DNA of 63,289 nt, filler included, from Saprolegnia diclina VS20 (GCF_000281045.1; 5 parts of 3 records of this genome joined end to end with filler, not necessarily neighbours in it); one strand, 5' to 3'. Positions 37,379 through 49,761 are shown, numbered from the whole stretch's first letter. The notes: generated from the sequence alone by a model not told the origin. Numbers and translations: made by a program.

Positions 37379-37386
37379 GACTCGCC

Positions 37387-38479
37387 ATGTGCATTCGCTT
37401 CCAAGCTCTCCTCGCTCTCCTCCTCGTGACGGTCTGGACGAGCGTCGTCGGTGCGGCGACCTGCACCGCCTTTGTGGCCGACACCGACTACTTTGGCAAC
37501 GACATTGCGTCCACGTCCCAGCCGACGGCTGCCAACTGCTGCAACGACTGCGCCGCGACGCCCGGCTGCATTCTGTACGTCTGGACCAACACAAACGGCG
37601 GCACGTGCTACCTCAAGAACGCCCAAGGTCCCGCGTCCAACAAGCCCGGCGCGCAGGCCGCCGCGCTCACGCGCAGCTCGTGCTTTAATTTTCAGTTCAA
37701 CGTCGACTACCCGGGCAACGATATTGCGTCGACGCTGCGTGCCTCTCCCAGCGACTGCTGTGGCGACTGTGCGACGACGCCGGGTTGTGTCTTGTACGTC
37801 TGGACGAGCCAGAGCGGCGGCACGTGCTACCTCAAGAACGCCCAGGGACCGTCGATCAACAAGGCAGGTACGCAGTCGGCGCGTCTCGCACCGAGCTCGT
37901 GCTCCAACATCCAGACCAACATCGACTACTTTGGCAACGACCTCAAGGCGACGTTGCGGCCGGCGGCGAGCGACTGCTGCCGCGACTGCGCGGCCACACC
38001 CCGCTGCGTCCTGTACGTCTGGACGAGCACGAACGGCGGGACGTGCTACCTCAAGTCGGCTCAAGGCGCGGCATCCAACAAGCCGGGCGCGCAGTCGGGG
38101 TTCCTTGGCAACGTCGCCCCGCCACCAGCTTGCTCCAACCTTCCGAACAACCTCGACTTCTTTGACAATGACATTACGTCGACGGCCCAGACCAACCCGG
38201 CCAACTGCTGCGGCGACTGCACGGTGACGCCTGGCTGCGTCCTGTACGTCTGGACGAGCCAGAGTGGCGGCACGTGCTACCTCAAGTCGGCCCAAGGCGT
38301 GCAGTCCAACAAACCCGGAGCTCGGGCCGGTGTCCACAACGGCCCACCGACCTGCAGCGCACCGCTGGCCAACACGGACTATACGGACCAGGACTTGAGT
38401 AACGTTGGAGCGACGTCTGTCAACCAGTGCTGCGCGGCCTGCCTCGCTGTCGCCGCTTGCAACGCCTACAGCTTCAAGG
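37387..38479 (+). CDS. Secreted PAN/Apple-repeat protein, at least 5 modules (3' truncated by contig end)
   Basis: Signal peptide MCIRFQALLALLLVTVWTSVVGA; four complete DY/FxxND...CCxDC...GGTCYLK modules and part of a fifth. Confidence 0.9.
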
Positions 38480-38579
38480 NNNNNNNNNNNNNNNNNNNNN
38501 NNNNNNNNNNNNNNNNNNNNNNNTTAATTAATTAANNNNNNNNNNNNNNNNNNNNNNNNNNNNNNNNNNNNNNNNNNNN

Positions 38580-39615
38580 CACGATTGCAACAAACTTTAT
38601 GCAGGCGCTGGACGTCCGCAAAGGGTTCGCCAAGTACGGCGCTGACGTCTTCTTTGACGACAAGTGCAAGGTCACCAAAATCGTGCGCGGGAGCATCACG
38701 TACCGACCGGACGACGCAGAGTGGGAGTATGTGAAGATGTGCTTCCGCGGCAGTCTCCAGACCAAGGTCACGGCCATCGACCACTTGCTGCTCGTACACT
38801 CGACGATCGCAAACCACGTAACTGTCGTCCACCGGGAGCAGTTGCCGCCAACACACCCGCTCCGACGTCTTCTAAAGCCGTTCACATTCCGGTCGGCGGC
38901 CATCAACTATGGCGCTGGGCGAGCACTCTTCTGGCCCCAAGGCATGCTTCAGCGTGCAATTGCGCTTACCACCAGAGGCATGAAGCAAACATGGGACATC
39001 GGGCTCGGTAGCTTTGCGTACGAGCCGTTTCCCGCGATGGTGGCACGCCAGCAAATTGACACGATGACGCTGCCGCTGCACGAAGACGGTATCGACTACT
39101 GGTACATTGTTTCTCGGTTCGTTTCGAGCTACCTCGCCCTCTACTACTCGGCAGATGTCGAGGTGACTTCGGACGCCTCGGTGGTTGCCTTTTGGACGGT
39201 GCTGGACGCGGCGTTGCCGTTCGCGTTGCCGGCGCTCTCGCTCACCAGCTTGCATGAGTTTGTGACGTACTTCATCTTCATGGTCTCGTCCATGCACAAC
39301 CACGTTGGCGCCATCGCCGAGTACGTTTCGGATCCGGCGTTTTGCCCGGCAGCGTGGGTCGAAGGCGAGCTTGCAGGCCGCCCTGGAACGTCTGTTCGAC
39401 TAGCGCTTATCATGATCATCACCGGGTTTGACCAGCCGCAGATCACCGAAGACTTTTCTCACGTGATGCTGGACGACGCTGCCATGAACGTCGCGCGGGC
39501 GTTCACGGCTGATGTCAAGGCGCAGATTCCCGTCGTCAACCAGCGAAATGCCACCCGAGTCCAGCCATTCCAGTCGTTCAACCCCAGCACGATGGAGATG
39601 GCTGTCGGCATCTAG
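38580..39615 (+). CDS. Lipoxygenase catalytic domain (5' truncated by contig start)
   Basis: WEYVK, DHLLLVH (H-x4-H iron ligands), LPPTHPLRRLLKP, INYGA, DGIDYW, SSMH, QRN and C-terminal Ile (...MAVGI*), the carboxylate metal ligand typical of LOX. Confidence 0.88.
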
Positions 39616-41846
39616 AGTTTACAAGTAAATCATAATCTGGCCGTAAATCATTATCTGTACTACTAAGTGAAAAGATCTGTGTGCATCATCGAAGGCACCT
39701 AACCGGACTGCGTGGAAGCCAACTCGGCCGCTGACCAGCAAAGACGAGCACAGAAAGAACGCGCACATAGTGCGCGACGGAGAGGCGTTTCTGAACCCCA
39801 CGACCGCAGCGAGTCTGTTTGGCATGTTTGTTGTAGCCTATGCACGTGTGTGAGGCCAATGACCCTACGACGACTCTTTTAGCGAAAGCGAGTTCGTAAA
39901 TGGTAAGGTGGTAGACATATAGTCTTGAAGCCGTAGTGCACATGACTCTCCGACGTCTCTCTCGTCGAGATCGGCGTCGTAAACAATGTTTTTGGTGAAC
40001 TTATGGCCGTCGACATTGGATTTCGAGTTGAGTACTAAGATCCGGATGTTGGCACGTGCCTGCACAACTTGGGTTGTGGTGTTGATACGTCGAGATGGGA
40101 AAGCTTTAGGTCACGCAGAGCGCACCGAGGCCTTGAAGCTACAATTAGCCCCATTGTAACTCGTAGCACGCGTGACATCGCAACATGAAACTGTCCGTAT
40201 GCGATACCTGGTTCCGAACTCCAACGCGAGGGACTGTCTGACCTTAGGACTTGTCAAGTAATAGTCCTGGCAAATGCGAGACAAAGAAGGAACTGTAGAC
40301 GCTTGAGCTCCAACGACAGCGTGTTGTGTGGACCTTCGTGATAAGCGTGATGCGAGGTAGAAGATGACCTCGCCTCGCCAGCTTGTGCATGGGTCAGTAT
40401 TGTAGCCTCCATGCATCTATCTCGTAAAGCCATGATCCAAGTTCCATAGCGTAAGCAGCATCTTTTAGAGTTGAGAACCCCAACGGAAAGTCGATTGCTG
40501 CTTCTTCTTGCAGGAGGTCTGCGTCGTCGTTTGGTGTTCCTTATGACACAATGTCTCGTGCCGGAGCTCCTTCAATCACCACCTCGCCTGCAGGCTGCAT
40601 GACAACTGAGAGTTAAGTATTTACGTTGTTGATGGCGTAGATCTGAGCACAACGTCGGGATTGGGTATCGTTAGTCGATTCAAGCGGCCAAAGTAGTGGT
40701 ACAAATCTCCATCGATGGCAGAAACCCTGTGTCCAGTGCTGGGGACAGTTTCCGGCCGAGTGAAACTCAAATACTGCATTGCATTGTACCGACGCAAGTT
40801 GTCGACAATGCTCTCGATGCGCAGTGACGCCGCGTATCGGACGAAGCAGTTGACACCATTGACGCCCCAGAGAGGCATCTTAACAGAAGCCACAAGAGCA
40901 GCATGCGAGGCCAAGTTTTTGCTTGTAGGTGGTAGTGTTTATGATAGACACAATGGCATCGTTGTTGTGGCAAAGCGTTTGATTTTTGTAGCTGGCAGGA
41001 GATTCACACGCGTGTTCGACGCCGATCCCAATATAGCTGCAGCAAGGTTAGCGGAGCTTGCACACCTCGGACGGCATAAGGCGTGCTGCGGAAAACTCGC
41101 ACACATACGACAGCAGCTTGTGCTTGCGGAGAATGCGCTTAAGTGGTTCGTGTATCGTGCGGCGTGCGCTCAAGGCCTTGCGGCTACACTGTCTAATTCG
41201 CCCAAGTGATCATCGCCAATAAGGACTTCGGCAGCATACGGTATCTGCCCCGGCATCTTGGGCTCCAGGCACATCATCATCTCCTGCGACCTCTCGGGAA
41301 CATTTACACTTAACGTTTCTCTTATCCTGACAAAGCTGAGTGATATATACTTTATAGCGTAACAATTCGCAACCAATCAGAATTTAACACTCCCACCCAG
41401 CACCGAAAGCGATGTTCTACTGGATACCCTTCTGGGCCTCGTCACTGCCAACTCGGAACAACGCGCTGTTTTTGACACCGTATGCCACGAGCTCAATTTG
41501 CCTGCCCCCTTGCCATCGTAGACGTCACATGTTTTGTGTGGCGGAGGTGTTCCGAAAACGTTTTGTGTCGAGACTTCTGCTTGCATGGTGTCGGTCCAAC
41601 GAACGTGTCTCGATTGCTGTTGCATCCACCACAAGTCTTGCAGCGCCAATATTCAACGGCTGTATTACCGCCCACCTGCGGTTCAAGATTTCTGTAGCCG
41701 TCAACGACAACACTATTCTCATTGTGAAGAAGTAAAGTCATCTTGCTGCTCTATTTCGCGCGGCCGATTTTTTCGTCTGGGACGATGCTCGATGATCCAC
41801 AGCAGAACTTTTGACACCGTCGATCGCATGCTGCAAGACATTTGCT
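39586..41846 (+). repeat. Left arm (2261 bp) of a large inverted repeat
   Basis: Reverse complement of 43277-45537; mirrored ORFs in the track sum to coordinate 85123 (no net indel); mismatches seen at 40100, 41811 and 41819. Confidence 0.95.
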
Positions 41847-42419
41847 CCCAACTGAAGCGAGGCTGCGCATGTAGTGCACACGTTGGTGGTGTGCGCGCGG
41901 GACATGCCGGAGTTTAATGCTTGCGCTTATTGAGGTATTTCAACAATGGTGTCGGTGGATCCTCTCCAGACGTTTGAACAGATATCACTGTGATGGGGCG
42001 AGATCCGGTAGCCGTTACGAATGTTGACGCTTGATTGACAAAATCCGTACAATATCGAGTATTCGTCATTGTGATTGGTCAAGAGAAGCTAAAGATTGGG
42101 TGTGAGTGTTCTAGCGATGTTGCTTAAGTATATACTTCGTGGACAATAAAAGCGTGTTTGTGCATTATAGATTCTTCATGGAATCACCAGTCTTCATTTC
42201 TGTCAACATATACAAGGAAACGCTGTTAACATTGTACAAGCGAACCTCAAAGTATCCCTCAAGAAGATCAAATATGATCGAGAAATATTGTTGGATTCTT
42301 CTCTCGTCAACACTGCGACTACACAGCCATTCTTTCAGCGTATATGAGTTGGTGCATGATATGGTATATATATTAATGATGACGTAGTGCTTATTGCTTT
42401 GTGGTTTGTCTCTTCGAGA

Positions 42420-43720
42420 ACCTCGCCCTTAACGATGTTTTGGGTGGACGTATGAGCGCTAACCATGAGTCGCGTTTCATTGCATAAGTCTCTTCTTTGG
42501 CACAGGTTGCGCAAGAGCATGACAGTGGTGTTAATCTTGAGCTCATGACGGTGCGGTGGGAAGCCGGCGATGTTAATGGAGTTGTGAGACTCAACTGGAA
42601 GTTGATAGCAGCCTCTCTTTGCAGAGGATTCGGCGTTGTTTTTCTGTGTAGCTACTTGCAACTCGATGGCCTATGCCGGAGCTCCTTCAAACTTGATGCC
42701 TTCTGTTGATCGAGGCGCACGGTGTTCAACCGTAACAGCCGGCACTTCGTCTTCTAAATCTTTGACGCTTTCTGCCGACGTGTTGTCACGCTGGTGTTAT
42801 TTCTCAGCTACTAGCACTTGCGCCAGTACCATAGCCTAGACTAAAGTGACGACATCATTTGCGCCAAAATCGCTCGTCGCGAAAGGAAAGATGGCATCAC
42901 ATTAATAGGTGAGAAGTCAGGATAGACAAACTGAACCAAGTTTGTAAGCACGTGCGTACTGTCACTGTCAAATAAACAAGTCGTCGGGTAGGCAGATATA
43001 TTCTTCACCGAGGCCCCCGCGTCCATCGTCGTCGCTGCTTTATGGCCTGTTGCCGACGTAACGTAGCATGAAAGCCAACGGCGCATCGTTGCCAAGAACG
43101 CATGTTCGTAAAGAGATGGTAAGTAGTAATGTCTCCCCATGCATCGCCCTGCCATAAGCACGCATCCATTAATTTCTGACGCGACGCACGTGGAATGATA
43201 GGCAAATATTATTAAATGCCACCTGAGAAGAAATATGGTCTTGTCGCCAAAAAGAAGAAAAAGTTGGACGATTTGAAGCAAATGTCTTGCAGCATGCGAT
43301 CGAAGGTGTCACAAGTTCTGCTGTGGATCATCGAGCATCGTCCCAGACGAAAAAATCGGCCGCGCGAAATAGAGCAGCAAGATGACTTTACTTCTTCACA
43401 ATGAGAATAGTGTTGTCGTTGACGGCTACAGAAATCTTGAACCGCAGGTGGGCGGTAATACAGCCGTTGAATATTGGCGCTGCAAGACTTGTGGTGGATG
43501 CAACAGCAATCGAGACACGTTCGTTGGACCGACACCATGCAAGCAGAAGTCTCGACACAAAACGTTTTCGGAACACCTCCGCCACACAAAACATGTGACG
43601 TCTACGATGGCAAGGGGGCAGGCAAATTGAGCTCGTGGCATACGGTGTCAAAAACAGCGCGTTGTTCCGAGTTGGCAGTGACGAGGCCCAGAAGGGTATC
43701 CAGTAGAACATCGCTTTCGG
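42420..43720 (-). mobile_element. Degenerate Helitron PIF1-helicase segment (motifs I-IV and 2B region); 5' part mirrored at 41403-41846 (+)
   Basis: Collinear frameshifted motifs: NSEQRAVFDTV, GGGVPKTF, IAVASTTSLAAPIFNGCITAHLRFKI, FVWDDA.MIH, FDRMLQDI, FGDKTI, PIIPRASRQKLMDACL...HLFTNMR, VQFVYPDF...RRAILA, GFPPHRHELKINTTVMLLRNL...LCNETRLMV. Confidence 0.85.
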
Positions 43721-45537
43721 TGCTGGGTGGGAGTGTTAAATTCTGATTGGTTGCGAATTGTTACGCTATAAAGTATATATCACTCAGCTTTGTCAGGATA
43801 AGAGAAACGTTAAGTGTAAATGTTCCCGAGAGGTCGCAGGAGATGATGATGTGCCTGGAGCCCAAGATGCCGGGGCAGATACCGTATGCTGCCGAAGTCC
43901 TTATTGGCGATGATCACTTGGGCGAATTAGACAGTGTAGCCGCAAGGCCTTGAGCGCACGCCGCACGATACACGAACCACTTAAGCGCATTCTCCGCAAG
44001 CACAAGCTGCTGTCGTATGTGTGCGAGTTTTCCGCAGCACGCCTTATGCCGTCCGAGGTGTGCAAGCTCCGCTAACCTTGCTGCAGCTATATTGGGATCG
44101 GCGTCGAACACGCGTGTGAATCTCCTGCCAGCTACAAAAATCAAACGCTTTGCCACAACAACGATGCCATTGTGTCTATCATAAACACTACCACCTACAA
44201 GCAAAAACTTGGCCTCGCATGCTGCTCTTGTGGCTTCTGTTAAGATGCCTCTCTGGGGCGTCAATGGTGTCAACTGCTTCGTCCGATACGCGGCGTCACT
44301 GCGCATCGAGAGCATTGTCGACAACTTGCGTCGGTACAATGCAATGCAGTATTTGAGTTTCACTCGGCCGGAAACTGTCCCCAGCACTGGACACAGGGTT
44401 TCTGCCATCGATGGAGATTTGTACCACTACTTTGGCCGCTTGAATCGACTAACGATACCCAATCCCGACGTTGTGCTCAGATCTACGCCATCAACAACGT
44501 AAATACTTAACTCTCAGTTGTCATGCAGCCTGCAGGCGAGGTGGTGATTGAAGGAGCTCCGGCACGAGACATTGTGTCATAAGGAACACCAAACGACGAC
44601 GCAGACCTCCTGCAAGAAGAAGCAGCAATCGACTTTCCGTTGGGGTTCTCAACTCTAAAAGATGCTGCTTACGCTATGGAACTTGGATCATGGCTTTACG
44701 AGATAGATGCATGGAGGCTACAATACTGACCCATGCACAAGCTGGCGAGGCGAGGTCATCTTCTACCTCGCATCACGCTTATCACGAAGGTCCACACAAC
44801 ACGCTGTCGTTGGAGCTCAAGCGTCTACAGTTCCTTCTTTGTCTCGCATTTGCCAGGACTATTACTTGACAAGTCCTAAGGTCAGACAGTCCCTCGCGTT
44901 GGAGTTCGGAACCAGGTATCGCATACGGACAGTTTCATGTTGCGATGTCACGCGTGCTACGAGTTACAATGGGGCTAATTGTAGCTTCAAGGCCTCGGTG
45001 CGCTCTGCGTGACCTAAAGCTTCCCCATCTCGACGTATCAACACCACAACCCAAGTTGTGCAGGCACGTGCCAACATCCGGATCTTAGTACTCAACTCGA
45101 AATCCAATGTCGACGGCCATAAGTTCACCAAAAACATTGTTTACGACGCCGATCTCGACGAGAGAGACGTCGGAGAGTCATGTGCACTACGGCTTCAAGA
45201 CTATATGTCTACCACCTTACCATTTACGAACTCGCTTTCGCTAAAAGAGTCGTCGTAGGGTCATTGGCCTCACACACGTGCATAGGCTACAACAAACATG
45301 CCAAACAGACTCGCTGCGGTCGTGGGGTTCAGAAACGCCTCTCCGTCGCGCACTATGTGCGCGTTCTTTCTGTGCTCGTCTTTGCTGGTCAGCGGCCGAG
45401 TTGGCTTCCACGCAGTCCGGTTAGGTGCCTTCGATGATGCACACAGATCTTTTCACTTAGTAGTACAGATAATGATTTACGGCCAGATTATGATTTACTT
45501 GTAAACTCTAGATGCCGACAGCCATCTCCATCGTGCT
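43277..45537 (-). repeat. Right arm of the inverted repeat, ending at the contig end within a second copy of the lipoxygenase 3' end
   Basis: 45508-45537 reverse-complements to AGCACGATGGAGATGGCTGTCGGCATCTAG (STMEMAVGI*), identical to 39586-39615. Confidence 0.95.
43915..45160 (+). mobile_element. Heavily deleted Helitron RepHel remnant (N-terminal, middle and C-terminal pieces); mirrored at 39963-41208 (-)
   Basis: NLRRYNA...SFT and IDGDLYHYFGRL (N-terminal IRxYN/GQxYHxIGSL region), RDIV, STLKDAAYAMEL, FARTI..KS*GQTVPRVGV (motif V), AYGQFHVAMSRV (motif VI), IRILV...TKNIVY (C-terminus). Confidence 0.75.
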
Positions 45538-46092
45538 NNNNNNNNNNNNNNNNNNNNNNNNNNNNNNNNNNNNNNNNNNNNTTAATTAATTAANNNNNNN
45601 NNNNNNNNNNNNNNNNNNNNNNNNNNNNNNNNNNNNNTTGGTCAAAGCATACGCATGTCCACGAGCTCCGAGCCTTGTCAATCATACTCTTTTGAGCGCG
45701 GCCTTCCCTCCTACCAAGTGCATGCAGAATTGTCGGCACCCGAGCCTAACCGTGTCAAAACGTTTCGGTTAGCTGATCGTAGTCGCAACGTCGCTGGCTG
45801 ATCGGGATCGATACAATTTAAATCATCTCATATGGGGTTCTTGTATGCGAAATTACCTGTCGAAAAATATAGAGTCCCTTCAAACCGAAGATAAACATTA
45901 CTCATCTTCGAAGTTCGCTATTACCTTCGACCTTCAACAAACGGCGCCAATTTAAAACCCACCAGGCGGCGTCTTTTTTTGTACCACCATCCTGAACATA
46001 CAAACATCAAGCTATAAAACTCATGAGGCGGTTGGTATTAAATGACGCGGATCGCGATTGTGTGTGCAATGTGGCCAATTGCGCGACGTGCC

Positions 46093-47628
46093 ATGTCCCG
46101 GCGACGCTCGCTACAGTCGCTGACGACGGCGGCGGCGCCGAATGAGGGGCTCTCGACGACGACGATGGGGCTGCTCATCGGCGGCGGTGTCGTCATCTTC
46201 GTGCTCCTCATCAGCATCGTGTGCCACCTGCAGGCCAAGGCCAAGCGCCGGGACAAACTGCTCCGGCGCGAAGCCCAGCGCATACAGGAGACGCGCGCGA
46301 TGATGCAGTACGAGCTGCAGTCGGACGTCGAGCCCCATGTACAACTCGCCAACGACGTGCGCTTTGACCCGACGTTCGCTCACACGCGTATCCCCCATCA
46401 CGAGCTTTTCAACCTTCGCCTCGTCCGTCCTTTCTGCAGCAGTCGAGTAGACTTGACTGAGCTTTCATAGGTGGCCAAGGGTCCAGGCACGGTCGTGTTT
46501 CGCGCTGTCTTCAATATGATGGAGATCGCCGTCAAGCAACTACTGCCGTCGCAGTGCAGCTCTCTCTTGACGGTCACGGACTTTATGCGCGAGATTCGCC
46601 TCTCGTCGACGCTCGAGCACCCCAACATTGTGCGCTTTATCGGCCTCGCGTGGACGGAAGGCCCAAGTCTCAGTGACCTCTCGCTCCTCACCGAGTTTAT
46701 GCCCCATGGAGACCTCGCGACATTTCTTGCGTTTGAGCGCAGAACCCCGATAGCCGACCGTCGGCTCCTTGCCTCGTGGGAAGCGCATGTAAGGGTATCA
46801 TCACGTCGTTTTAGTAGGTCTCATCAGTTGGTAGAATCCGTTGCTGTCGCACCAAAAGTCTCTCGAGCGAATGTCATCACAGACAACCAACGGTCAGACG
46901 ACCACGAATGCCCATGGCAGCTTCAAGGCGCCCAAACACAAGCGGCAGCGCATCAAGCACGAAATGACAGGCCTTGGAACGTCCAAAATGACACTGGCCG
47001 CTGACGTTGCCGATGCGCTCTCGTACTTGCACTCGTTCCAGCCGACGATCATCCATCGCGACCTCAAGTCCAAGAACGTGCTCCTCAGCGCTACGTGGAA
47101 CGCCCAGCTCAACGACTTTGGCTACAGTCGTGTGACCAGCCAGGACGAACTCATGACAATGAACGTCGGCACGATCGCGTGGATCGCTCCCGAAATCCTC
47201 ACGGGCGGCCGGTACACGGAGCAAGCCGACATTTACAGCTTTGGCGTGCTCATGTCCGAGCTCGACACGCTCGAGGTGCCGTACATTGAGCACACGCGCG
47301 ACTACGTACGCCTTTTGAGATGTCTGTATCGGATGTTGACGCTCGGTGTGTGTAGATCCAATCCAATCACCAAGAGCTCGAGAACCACTTGCACCACCCG
47401 CGTGTCAAAGCCAAAGCCAAGGTGCTTAGCAACGCGTTTATTGCGATGCTCGTCGGCGAAGGCAAGCTGACGCCGTCGTTCACGAGCCACATCCCCGAGG
47501 CACTGCTCGAACTTGCTCAGCAGTGCCTCTCCTTCCACCCCAACGACCGCCCGACAGCCATCGAGCTCTCGTACCGGCTGCGATCGACGATCAACACCAT
47601 GACCGACTCGATGCGACCGTCGAGATAG
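46093..47628 (+). CDS. Single-pass TKL-family protein kinase without an evident ectodomain (multi-exon)
   Basis: N-terminal TM GLLIGGGVVIFVLLISIV, ANDVRFD, IAVKQL, HPNIVRFIG, HRDLKSKN, DFG, GTIAWIAPE, ADIYSFGV; alternative ATG at 46042. Confidence 0.88.
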
Positions 47629-47964
47629 ACAACATGTACATCGTCTGTTTTTGTGTTGACAACACTCCAATTAAGTTATAAATCGTTGGTTGCAACGTTT
47701 TACGTCGTCATATGCATGTGTGAACGGTGTGTTGGGCAACCCAAGGGCCGATGCAGTAAATTGCTTCGTTGTTAGCTTAGAACTCTGCAGAATCCACATG
47801 TTGTCGCTTTGCCATTACATGACGCAGCTAGGTCTACCCAAGCGATCACTCCAAGTTTTAGCTATATCTATAGGGAAGTACCTGCTATAGTACAGAATGC
47901 AGAATAGTGGGTTCACGTCGGACAGAAAGCGACACCACGATACTTGGTTGTAGTAGTTTAAACA

Positions 47965-49761
47965 TTACACCGGACACCGACCCGAGAGACGCGCATTATC
48001 TTTGAGTAGCAGTGCATGAATCTCCATCGAGATCTGTGACGCCGTTGGGCGCTTCGTGTACTTGTACTGGAGACATCGCTGCGCGATTTGGTGCAGGGCG
48101 TGCGGCACGTCGTTCGTGAAGGCCGGCTGGATCTTGCCTTGGGCGACTTTGCTCGCGAGCTGCGACGACGAGAGGCCCGTGATTTCGGGTTGCAGGTCTG
48201 GGTTGCTGTAGGGCGTCTGCAGCGTGTCGAGCTCAGCGAGAAGGACGCCGAACGAGTAAAGGTCGGCCTGCACCGTGTAGAGTTCGCCGCGGAGGATCTC
48301 GGGCGCGATCCACGCCGACGTGCCGACGCGCGCCGTCATGATCGCGTCTCCGTCCTCGTCGCTTTCTCGCGAGACGCCAAAGTCGGTTACTTGAGCTGTA
48401 AAGTCCTCGGTGAGCAAGACGTTCTTGGCCTTGAGGTCTCGATGGATGATCGAGAGCGAGTGCAGATAGACGAGTGCGTCGATGACGTTGGCGGCGATGC
48501 TAAGCTTATTGCAGCGATTCTCCGAAGTCCACGCCAGGGTTCGCATGCCGGCGGGTTGCTTGAGCTCGTGTCGAAGGAGGCGATGCAAGTCGCCGCGCGC
48601 CATAAACTCGGTCATCATCGAGAGGTCCTAACTAAGCTGCATCGTCTCGTTTGTAAATCTAGGTAGTACCTGGAGCGACGACCACGCGATGCCAACGAAG
48701 CGCACAATGTTGGCGTGGTCGAGCCGCGCTGCGAGTCGGATTTCACTCATAAAGCACTCGAGTTGGTCAATGTCCGACGTCTTCTCGGGCAAAAGCTGCT
48801 TGAGCGCGACACGAATAGGCCCATCAGACGTCTGCAAGTACGCGCTGAACACAAGGCCAAAGCCACCTACGTCATTTGATGACGTGCCCACCAACGTTTG
48901 CGCACCCTTGGACTTGAGTGTGATCTGCGAGAGCTGGTCTTGCTCAAAAATGTAGTCGACCATGTTCGGGTCGAGCCGCACGTCGTTGTCGAGGAAGAGG
49001 TTTTGGAGGTTTGAAGGCAACTTCTTTTTTGGCTGGGACCTAGGGCTCTCGTCATGACGTGGCGCCACGCGGTGCAGCGTACCCTTGTTTGCGATAGTAG
49101 TTGAGGTCCTTCTTGACGACATTCGTGCGCTTCAAGTGACGATAGACGCACATGCCGATGACAATGCACGTGACGAGCACACCGAGGACCCAGTAAATCG
49201 CAGAGCTGGCGGCAGTGCCTACGCATGTACAGTCAGAGACCACAAAAAAAACTGACTCGACGCAGAGTACCGTCAACGGACGCGTTGGCGACACTGGTTT
49301 CGCACTCGCTGCTGTCCCCGGCGATCGCCGTCAGCAAATTTGCCGACGAAGCGTTGAATTGACAGCCCTGCAGAAGCTTGGGCACTGTGAGCTTGTACGT
49401 GGTGCAAGCACTGCACTGCGAGACGGTCTTTGTGCCGCTTCGTGTGCAGGCCGCCTGGGAGGCCTGAAGCGTGTTGAAGACATCGACGCACGCAGGCAGG
49501 CAAAACGACGGCGTTAGGCGGGCGCCGAGTACCTAGCATGGACCTGAGAGAGCGATAAGTATTGGTGGTTGGTACCTTGGGAATGTCTGCGTCGGCGACG
49601 CCGCTGCACTGGTTTTGTAGCGCGACCTGCAGCGACGTGAGTTGCCGAACGCACGCAGGCTCGGCGCAGTACGTCGATGCATTCGTCGCCGGCTTCCCTG
49701 AGAGGAGGCAGGCGCGGCGGTCGACCCAGAAGGCCGCTAGCGTGTCATTGCACGCTGCCAT
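47965..49761 (-). CDS. Receptor-like TKL kinase with 12-Cys ectodomain (5' start uncertain, multi-exon)
   Basis: YCAEPAC...C/FCLPAC...C..QCSAC..C..C ectodomain, TM IYWVLGVLVTCIVIGMCVY, GGFGLVF, VALKQL, HRDLKAKN, DFGVSR, GTSAWIAPE; no signal peptide visible, so an upstream exon is possible. Confidence 0.85.

Noticed and set aside
37387..39615. Possible PAN-lipoxygenase fusion or functional linkage (adjacent, same strand)
   Set aside because: Separated by an artificial spacer at 38524, so the two lie on different contigs.
45380..45515. Possible Helitron 3' end (CTAG near 45508)
   Set aside because: That CTAG is the reverse complement of the lipoxygenase stop region, and no GC-rich hairpin precedes it.
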